Shown one piece after another: positions 44,074-51,263 of a DNA stretch of 64,000 nt. Within the stretch, counting starts at the first letter, position 1. Every line of letters starts with the position of its first letter. The notes below the pieces were generated by a model. It searched no databases and was not told the origin of the DNA. It saw only the letters and a list, made by a program, of their open reading frames with translations. The stretch spans positions 11,577 to 75,576 of the forward strand of contig JACSRM010000436.1 in assembly GCA_014879745.1 (NCBI GenBank), written 5' to 3'. The stretch is from Burkholderiaceae bacterium. GTDB lineage: Bacteria; Pseudomonadota; Gammaproteobacteria; Burkholderiales; Burkholderiaceae_C. The position numbers and the translations under genes are program-made.

Positions 44074-44421
44074 TCATCGCGCATTCGGCGGATACGGCAT
44101 CACGACGAGGATCGTCGCGACCTCGTTGCCGTGGTTGACGACTTCGCGCGATTCGTTGGACGCAATCGTGCAGCTGTCGAGCGGACCGAGCACGACTTCC
44201 ACGCCTGGCGTCTTGATCGTGATGGCGCCGGCCAGCACGACATAGACCTTCTCGAGTGGCGACGCGTCAGGGCCCGCGCCGCCGCCGGGCAGGAAGTGCG
44301 ACAGCCCCAGCCAGAAGCCCTCGGGCCCGCCGGGCACGAAACCTTGCAGGCGCAGCGATCGTACGTCTCGGTGGTTGGGCGCCTCGTACGGCGGCGCCTC
44401 GCCGAAGCGGGTGACTTTCAT
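44074..44421 (-). CDS. cupin-domain protein
   Basis: ATG 44421 (MKVTRFGEAPPYE...). About 115 aa with ...GLSHFLPGGG...EKVYVVLAGAITI... beta-barrel motifs. Confidence 0.7.
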   Translation of the reverse strand: MKVTRFGEAPPYEAPNHRDVRSLRLQGFVPGGPEGFWLGLSHFLPGGGAGPDASPLEKVYVVLAGAITIKTPGVEVVLGPLDSCTIASNESREVVNHGNEVATILVVMPYPPNAR

Positions 44422-44431
44422 GACGCTTGCC

Positions 44432-45274
44432 TCAGCCTTGGCCGTTTTCGAATCGGTATGTACCGCGCTTGTCGACGATGGCGACCAGTCGCACGATGCA
44501 GCCGTCACCCTTCACCCAACGCCACGGGAAGGCTGCGAACGTGACGCGCTTGCCGGTGACCTTGTCGATCTCTCCACCGACGTTCTCGATGCCGCAGATG
44601 CCGTGCGCGAGGATCGCCTGGTGACAAGGCTCCCACTCGGGAAAGTCCTCGATCACCTTGCGCCCGGTTTCCCGCTCGTATTCCTGATTGACCTGCGGCA
44701 GCAGACCGTGGGGCCATCCCGGGCCGTGCGGGCCGATCGCCGTTCCAAGCGGATGGTCGAGCGCCTGTGTGTCGGTGCCGATCATCTTGACCTTCTTCTT
44801 CGCGAACCACTCGCCGGCCTCCTTGTAGAAGCCGGGCGAGTAGGCGTAGTACATGCGGCTGTCGTCGTAATACTTGTGCCAGCCAGTGTTTACGATGACG
44901 ATGTCGCCTTCGCGGATCTGGGGCGAGGCACGCTCGAGATCCTCGGCGGTGATGACCTCCCACTTCTTCTTGGGGATCGAGACGACGACACCGGTGCCGA
45001 AGAAGTGCGGCAGCGGCACCTCGTCCATGAACGGCGTGCCCTCGACGACGTGCGCCGGCGCATCGATGTGCGTACCCGAATGCATCACCGTTGTGATGCG
45101 CTGCGTCAACACGCCCGACTTGGCCATGTTGTGCAGCCGCTCGATCTTGACGTCCTCGAAGTAGGGCCAGCACGGCTGGCCTAGGCCCCAGGGATGACTG
45201 AGGTCGTAGAACTCGAGTCCCATGTCATTGTTGAGGTTCTCCTGAAAGGAGGTACCGCGGATGGTGATCGTCAT
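44432..45274 (-). CDS. cyclase-family protein (kynurenine-formamidase-like fold)
   Basis: 280 aa. HSGTHIDAPAH metal motif. AGGAG 7 nt upstream of ATG 45274. Confidence 0.8.
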   Translation of the reverse strand: MTITIRGTSFQENLNNDMGLEFYDLSHPWGLGQPCWPYFEDVKIERLHNMAKSGVLTQRITTVMHSGTHIDAPAHVVEGTPFMDEVPLPHFFGTGVVVSIPKKKWEVITAEDLERASPQIREGDIVIVNTGWHKYYDDSRMYYAYSPGFYKEAGEWFAKKKVKMIGTDTQALDHPLGTAIGPHGPGWPHGLLPQVNQEYERETGRKVIEDFPEWEPCHQAILAHGICGIENVGGEIDKVTGKRVTFAAFPWRWVKGDGCIVRLVAIVDKRGTYRFENGQG

Positions 45275-45309
45275 TTGTGGGCTCCTGCCGTCTATGTGTT
45301 TCAGAATTT

Positions 45310-45331
45310 ACTGTACTACCCTTCAGTACAG
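45310..45331. promoter_or_regulatory. inverted repeat ACTGTACT-N7-AGTACAG in the AT-rich promoter region of the cyclase operon
   Basis: Read directly. Lies about 35-55 nt upstream of ATG 45274 within the locally AT-rich stretch 45290..45365. Confidence 0.45.
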
Positions 45332-46113
45332 ATGTATCATATAGTGGTCCAGTAGACGCTACTGTGGATGAACCTTCGAGTTCGTGCCATCGGTATTACC
45401 CCTTAGAGTCCTACAGAGATCCGCATTGAGCCGTCGGCAGACAAGATCACGCATGGGGTGGAGTTCGAGCACACAGAGTGCAACCGCTCCCAGACTCCGA
45501 CGACAAGCACGAGCTCTATGCGCCGCAGAAGCCTGCAGTGCGATGCATCGGCAAATGGACGGCGCGCAAGCCCTGCGAGGTCGACGTCCAGGCGGCGGCC
45601 GCGCGTTTGGGTCTGGCCGACTGATGGCGGTCGCGCGCAGCTTCTCCTACAAGCTCCACGACGGCGGCATCCGCAGCACCGTGTCCGAGCAAGCTGCCAG
45701 CTTGCAGCAGGAGGCGCAGGGCGGAATCCATCTGCGCCGTGGTGGTAGGCGCACCGACGACGCGTCGGAACATAGGACCATGTGGGATCGACTGCGGCAG
45801 GCGGGATAGTCGTCTGCGGTCGGCGCACCGCCGGTTTGCCGGATCAGGCCGAAAGCAAGCCGGTGAACAAGAAGCCGGCTCGATTCGAAACCGCTTCGGG
45901 CCCGCTTCAACGTTCGGGGTGCCGCGTGGACTACGGCGATGGGTCTGGCGGCGCGACGGTCGGGGGCACGAGCCAGTTCGGCGCAGGTCCGTTCAGGCAA
46001 CGGACTCGAGCCTTCATTTGGCTTGCAGCCTCTACGCCGCGACGCGTCGCCTCACACCGAGCACCCGCGCCGAACTTTCATGTTCGGGGCGAGGGGGATC
46101 AGCGCGCGATTGG

Positions 46114-47028
46114 TCAAGCCGGCGCCGCAAGCGCCCGCGCGTGCGCCATGATGCGTTCGCGCAGCCAGAGGCTGCCGGGGTCGTGGTCGCGGTACTTGTG
46201 CCAGGCCAGCATCTCGGCGAAGGGAGGAAGCTCGAAATCCAGCCGGACCCGGCGCAGCGATTCATCCTGGCAGGCGAGCATCGCCTGTCGCGTGTGAAGC
46301 GTCGCGATTCTGCGCGTGCTCAGTACCAGAAGCGGCAGCATCACGAAGCCCGGGAACGCAACCTCGACGCGCCGCGCCGCGGCATGCCGGCGCGAGAACC
46401 AAAGGTCGAACATCGGCTGGCCGCTGTTGGTAAGGCAAGCTACATGGCCAAGCGCCAGGTACTGCTCTAGCGACAACGTGTCGCCGACATCCGGGTTGTC
46501 GCGCGCAACGACGCCGCTGTAGTCGTCGCCGAACAGCAGCGCCGACGAGAAGCCCGGCGTGTCCGCCCATTCTGGCGCGATCAGGAAGTCGACCTCGCCA
46601 GTCTCCAAATCCTGGTACGAGAGCCGGTGCGCCTGACGTAACTCGATCGTGATGCCACCGGCACATAGCGCCAAGTCGCGCAGCACCTCATGCAGCAGTA
46701 CGGTGACGGCATAGTCCGAGGCGACGATATTGAAATGCCGGCGCGTCGTTGCGGGGTCGAACTCGGGCCGGGTGCCCAGCGTCGCGTCGATCATCAGTAT
46801 CAGGTCATTGACCTTGTCGACCAGACTTTCGCCGAGCGGCGTCAACTCCATGCGCCGGCCCAGCGGGACGATCAGCGGATCCTCGAAATACTCGCGCAGC
46901 CGTGCCAGGATGCCGCTCATCGCCGACTGGCTCACGCACAGCAATTCACCGGCCCGGGTGACGTTCTTCTCCGTCAGCAAAGCGCGCAGCGCGTTGATCA
47001 GGTTGAGGTCCAGGCGCTGATAGCGCAT
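46114..47028 (-). CDS. LysR-family transcriptional regulator, NodD-like (paralogue 2 of 3)
   Basis: MRYQRLDLNLINALRALLTEKNVTRAGELLCVSQSAMSGILARLREYFEDPLIV.... Confidence 0.9.
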   Translation of the reverse strand: MRYQRLDLNLINALRALLTEKNVTRAGELLCVSQSAMSGILARLREYFEDPLIVPLGRRMELTPLGESLVDKVNDLILMIDATLGTRPEFDPATTRRHFNIVASDYAVTVLLHEVLRDLALCAGGITIELRQAHRLSYQDLETGEVDFLIAPEWADTPGFSSALLFGDDYSGVVARDNPDVGDTLSLEQYLALGHVACLTNSGQPMFDLWFSRRHAAARRVEVAFPGFVMLPLLVLSTRRIATLHTRQAMLACQDESLRRVRLDFELPPFAEMLAWHKYRDHDPGSLWLRERIMAHARALAAPA

Positions 47029-47068
47029 GCCAACAATTCTAATATCGGCCTCCCGCGGCGCACCTGGC

Positions 47069-47111
47069 CATCGCTCCGCGGCGAATGCGCCGCATCCGCA
47101 GAGCCCGCTTC
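47069..47111. promoter_or_regulatory. degenerate copy of the four-element operator (CATCGCT-N5-GCGAATG-N5-CATCCGC-N5-ccgcttc)
   Basis: Same 7-5-7-5-7 geometry, read directly. Begins 40 nt upstream of the LysR paralogue 2 start codon. The central dyad matches 6 of 7 positions. Confidence 0.35.
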
Positions 47112-47294
47112 ACGCCGTGTACGGCGGTTCGCAGGACGCCAACAAGCATTTGGCGGCGCGCAGCGGCGTCGCCGCCTTCGTCCGGAGTCTGGTCACGTGA
47201 GGCCCCGTGCGACAGCCCGTCCGTGAGCCCAAGACAGTGATTTCCCCTGCGCCGCAAGTAGAGGTGTCCTCATTAATTCTCAGAGAAGAAGTCA

Positions 47295-47687
47295 GTGGGG
47301 CAGGAGACCGGGCTGATCAGTCAGAAGGAAGTGCTGCAACGGGTGCTGCAACGCGATCTCAATCAATTGGCGGCCTCGGCCCTACTGAGGCTGTCGCTGC
47401 GCAAGGTCAAGCGCCTGTGCAAACGTTTGCACGAGCAAGGCGCAGGGGGGTCGATCTCACGCCAGCAGAGGCGGCCCAGCAACCGGCGCGTGCCCGAGAC
47501 GCGCACTACATTGTCACGCGAGCACTACACCGACTCCGGCCCCGAACTCGAACGGAAATACCTCGTGCGCGAACACGGCTACGCGTGGAGCACCGAGACC
47601 CTGCGCGGCTGTATGATCCAGGCCGAACTGTCGCATCCCAAGCGGCACCGCGCGCAGCGGGTGCGCAGCCCGCGCGAGTGGGTGTGA
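47295..47687 (+). pseudogene. ISNCY (IS1202-group)-like transposase N-terminal fragment
   Basis: ...LISQKEVLQRVLQRDLNQLAASALLRLSLRKVKRLCKRLHEQGAGGSISRQQRRPSNRR...REHYTDSGPELERKYLVREHGYAWSTETLRGCMIQAEL... follows the HTH N-terminus of ISNCY transposases. No intact DDE domain follows, although weak WF...G.C...LV similarity continues in the same frame after the stop. Confidence 0.5.
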
Positions 47688-48437
47688 CGGCTGTCGCCAG
47701 CGGCATGGGTTTCCCGAGCGCCGCGCGGGCGTATGGACCGGCGGGTACCGGGAGCGCGGGCAGCTTGGCCCCCGGAGGTATGGTTCCGCATCGCCGGTGT
47801 CTGTGCGATGGGTTTGGTACAGGCTATGGTGTTCGGTTTCCTGGAGCGCGTGGGTCAGCAGCGCAGCTTCTGACCCGACGCGTTCACCGCCGTGCTCGTT
47901 TCGCCCTGGTGAACCTTGTGCCGGCGGCCCTGGCTGCAGCGCTGGAGCGCCGGCTCAATGCGCCGGGTGATCCCGGTCGGCCCGGTACCTTACAACGCGC
48001 GCCTTGAATGCTTGGCGCGCGCAGGTCGGCGTTGCCACCTCGGACCCGCGTAACGAGGCCCATTTCGGCCCCGAGCCTGCAGCCTGGGAAGCTGCGTCCA
48101 TCGTCGATCACGTCGATGTGGCGCCGTTCCCGCTGTGGATCAGCTTCGCCGAGCGCGATCTGCTGCAGATGCAGGTGCAGATGCAGACCGGCGATCTGTT
48201 CGCGCGGCATGTCACGCTACGGCTTCTCGCCGGAACTACACATGGTGCGCGAGCACAACCACTTCTCGGGCGGCTTCAGCTTCGGCGCCGACGACATCAG
48301 CGTCAGCGCGCCGCTGGCTGAATTCGTGCGGCAGGTGACGGCCGGTCGAACCGGGCCGTGAAGAAGCTCGCGCTGCATCGCCAGCACGACGCGCACGGGC
48401 CCGAGGCGACCGTGATCGCTCCGCCCGCTGTACCCTG

Positions 48438-49040
48438 CTACCGAAGGACGACGATTTCCTCACGTGGCTTGCGCGGCCGGTTGCGGCCTTGCTGGGCCGG
48501 ATACCCGACCAGAACGAGGCCCTGCGGCTCCCAGCCGTGCGGCAACGCCAGTTTCGAGCACACCTCGTCGGGACAGAACAGCGGCGCGCACATCCAGCAT
48601 GCCCCCAGCCCTTGTGCTTCGGCAGCCAGGAGAAGGTTCTGGCCGGCCATCGCCGTGCTCTGCACCGCCATCCGATGCTCCGCCCGGGCGCGTTCGGGAT
48701 CCGGATATCGGTCCATCTCCGCCATCGTCAGGCAGACCACGATAACTAAGGGAGCCTCGACGATCCGATCTCGCGAACGCCGCACATCGGCGTCGATCTC
48801 CAGCGCATCGGCACCGTCGCGCTCGCGGTCGGTGTGCAGGCGCCGCCCCATCGCGTCGGCCAGCGATACCTTGCCGGACGCCTCGCGAACGAGGCAGAAG
48901 CGCCACGGCTGGCAGTTGTGCGCCGAAGGCGCCCTGGCTGCAGAGTCGATCAGACGCTCGATTGCATCCGGCGGCACGCTCTCGGAGCGAAAGCGTCGGA
49001 TCGTCTGCCGCTTCACGAGCAGCTCGAGCGCTTCGTGCAT
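48438..49040 (-). CDS. nitroreductase-family protein resembling the C-terminal (dehydro-F420-0 reductase) domain of FbiB
   Basis: ATG 49040 (MHEALELLVKRQTIRRFRSESV...). ...APSAHNCQPWRF..., ...YPDPERARAEHRMAV...GLGACW...LPHGWEPQGLVLVGY.... The FbiB comparison is from memory of the mycobacterial protein. Confidence 0.7.
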   Translation of the reverse strand: MHEALELLVKRQTIRRFRSESVPPDAIERLIDSAARAPSAHNCQPWRFCLVREASGKVSLADAMGRRLHTDRERDGADALEIDADVRRSRDRIVEAPLVIVVCLTMAEMDRYPDPERARAEHRMAVQSTAMAGQNLLLAAEAQGLGACWMCAPLFCPDEVCSKLALPHGWEPQGLVLVGYPAQQGRNRPRKPREEIVVLR

Positions 49041-49311
49041 GACGGCGGGAGCACCGTCAGTGAACGTCCCGCGACCGTCCAGCGAAGACCTGTCGCCCAT
49101 CGGTTGCATCTCCGGCGGCCGAGTTGCCGGGCCCAGGCCCGACCGCCCACTCTGTCGCGCACCGGGCGGCTTGACCAATGGATTGTTGGAAATCGAGCTT
49201 TCGATCGCGCTGGTCAGCACGCTGCGCGCATGCCGAATAGCACGCGCGACGCTGGCTTTGCCGGCCGCTTTCGATCCTGTGCGGGAATCCGGCAGAATGC
49301 GCCGCCTGACG

Positions 49312-49932
49312 TCAGCCGATGTGCACGTACCGCGCCTCGCGACCCGTGCCGTCGACGCTCAAGTCAGTAAACGGATTGCGGCGCGTGTCGGTGACGACGC
49401 TGTAGAGCTGGTATAGCGTCGGCAGGAAGCGCTCCCAGTTGCCGATCTCCTGCGCGGCGTGTGCGGCCCACACCTTACCGGCGGCTTCGTCCTCCTGCTT
49501 GCGCCTGCCGATGCCTGAGCTGCGCCCGACGACGCCGCAGTCGCTCGGCGACCACTGGTGCACGCGGTATCCCATGGGATCGCCAGTGCGCATTTCCTCC
49601 TCGGTCAGTCCGAGGCCGGCAACAATCATCACGTGGCGATGCACGATAGTGTCGCGCACTTCGGGCGGCACGTCGGTCAGTCGCTCGAAGCGGATGTAGA
49701 GGTTCTGCCGCCTCCCATCGCTCCAGGTCTGCGGCGCGTTATGGATCGCGCCCAGCGGGTCGCCGTGCCGGGGCGGCACCGGCCACTCGAGCGGCTCGTG
49801 CTGCTCCGGATGCCACAGAATGAAGCCCTTCTCCATGTTCGACCAGAACCAGTCGATCATGCGCGGCGTCACGCCGTCGAGCTGCCAGTCAAAGTGGGTG
49901 CCCAGCACATCGTGTTCGATTGCAATGTCCAT
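49312..49932 (-). CDS. hypothetical protein, possibly DAPG hydrolase (PhlG)-like C-C hydrolase family
   Basis: ATG 49932 (MDIAIEHD...). ...RMIDWFWSNMEKGFILWHPEQHEPLEW... recalls the MIDWWF...LWHP.DH region of PhlG. Family call is tentative. Confidence 0.45.
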   Translation of the reverse strand: MDIAIEHDVLGTHFDWQLDGVTPRMIDWFWSNMEKGFILWHPEQHEPLEWPVPPRHGDPLGAIHNAPQTWSDGRRQNLYIRFERLTDVPPEVRDTIVHRHVMIVAGLGLTEEEMRTGDPMGYRVHQWSPSDCGVVGRSSGIGRRKQEDEAAGKVWAAHAAQEIGNWERFLPTLYQLYSVVTDTRRNPFTDLSVDGTGREARYVHIG

Positions 49933-49961
49933 CTCTTGCGTCCTCGCTTGCACGGTTGCCG

Positions 49962-50816
49962 TCACAGCGGCTTCGGGATGTTCCATCCCGACAGCCCCTG
50001 CGCGTAAATCTTCCCTTCGAGTGTCTCGGGATCGAGCACGGCGGGGCGCGGACTGCTGCGCTCGAGGTGCGTGTAGTCGTAGATGATTCGCTCCGTCGTC
50101 ACCATCGAGAAGCTGCCGGCCGGATCGACGAACGTTGATTCGCTCGTGTTCAGTGCGTCGCGCCAAGTCGGATCGCTTGCCAGCTCAGCCATGTCGTCGA
50201 CACTGCGGAACCAGTATTCCTCGACGCCGGCGTAGCCTTCGGTATCGCCCGCGGCGAACAGCGAGCCACCGAAGTTGTCGGCGGGGACGGCGAGCTTGCG
50301 GTTCTGCACATAGCGCCGGATCAGTGAGCTCTCGCGGTTGAGCGTCTCGACGGCGCGCGCATGGCGGCCCGACCATTGGCTCTCGAATTGTTCGGGCGTC
50401 ACGCCGGCGCGGCGTTTCAGGAAGTGCACCAGCTTGACGCCGCCCTGCCCGCGCTCGAAGCCGTGCTCCTCGAACATCACCTGCGGGCGCGACAGCACCA
50501 GCACGAAGTTGGAGTCTCCGAACTTGTGCGGCTGCATGCGCGTCACGTAGTCGCTCACGCGCGTGCTCGCGACGAAGTCGTCGAAGTTGTCGAGAATATG
50601 CTCGGCCATGTTGTCCCATTCCATCGGCGACAACGGGTGGCGCAACATCTCCGGCGTGATGCCGCCGACCGAGTAGTGCTGCACGTAACGGCGAAACAAC
50701 TGCATCACATGCGGCGAGCTGATCATCAACGCGACGTGGATGATTCCCCACTCGTAGAAGTAGCGCTCCTGCGTGTCTTCGCGCTTGCGGCGTGCGGCAA
50801 TGATGAAGTTGATCAT
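49962..50816 (-). CDS. EthD-domain protein (two dimeric-alpha-beta-barrel repeats)
   Basis: ATG 50816 (MINFIIAARRKREDTQERYFYEWGIIHVAL...). Second repeat ...VKLVHFLKRRAGVTPEQFESQWSGRHARAV.... Confidence 0.65.
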   Translation of the reverse strand: MINFIIAARRKREDTQERYFYEWGIIHVALMISSPHVMQLFRRYVQHYSVGGITPEMLRHPLSPMEWDNMAEHILDNFDDFVASTRVSDYVTRMQPHKFGDSNFVLVLSRPQVMFEEHGFERGQGGVKLVHFLKRRAGVTPEQFESQWSGRHARAVETLNRESSLIRRYVQNRKLAVPADNFGGSLFAAGDTEGYAGVEEYWFRSVDDMAELASDPTWRDALNTSESTFVDPAGSFSMVTTERIIYDYTHLERSSPRPAVLDPETLEGKIYAQGLSGWNIPKPL

Positions 50817-50899
50817 GGGCTTGGCTCGAAGACGCCGCGATGCAGCAGCATGTAGGTGGTACCGGGCCACGCCATCGTAGGCAGAGCAGCGCGACGAGG

Positions 50900-50942
50900 C
50901 GAATCGAAAATTGCGATCCCGGGCATCGCGATAAGCGATTTC
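50900..50942 (+). promoter_or_regulatory. four-element operator, site E (CGAATCG-N5-TGCGATC-N5-CATCGCG-N5-CGATTTC), the most symmetrical copy
   Basis: Read directly. 83 nt upstream of the EthD gene start (50816, minus strand) and 321 nt upstream of the ThDP enzyme start (51264, plus strand). Confidence 0.6.
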
Positions 50943-51263
50943 AGAGTCCCGGATCCGCTCGTTACGCTGCACGGGGATCGACAGAAGGAATCACGTCGGA
51001 GAGACCGCTTGGTGTGCTCGCGCTCGAACAACCCAATGGCCCGCTTCGCCTCAGCGAACCCGGGCTCCAGCGTCGCAATGCATGCGCTCGGCGGTCAATG
51101 CGGCACGGCCAATGCTGACGTTTCAGACTTCGCGTACATCGGCGGACCGGACCGGTTGGTGCGCTGTCGCTCCCTTCCTCCCACGACGCTGCCTCCACCA
51201 TTTCAACCACCTACCCTGTCGATGGCAACGCACCCGCGGATGCCATGACGAATGGAGAGACCC

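Noticed and set aside
45310-45331. LexA (SOS) box in the cyclase operon promoter, because of TACTGTA...TACAG
   Set aside because: The spacing is CTGT-N13-ACAG, not the CTGT-N8-ACAG of proteobacterial SOS boxes. It is kept only as a generic inverted repeat.
51223-51237. Sigma-54-like TGGCAA-cgcac-ccGC 27 nt before the ThDP enzyme start
   Set aside because: It is only a GG/GC skeleton match with a poor -12 region and a very short leader. The operator copies at other promoters are too close to start codons to be enhancer sites.
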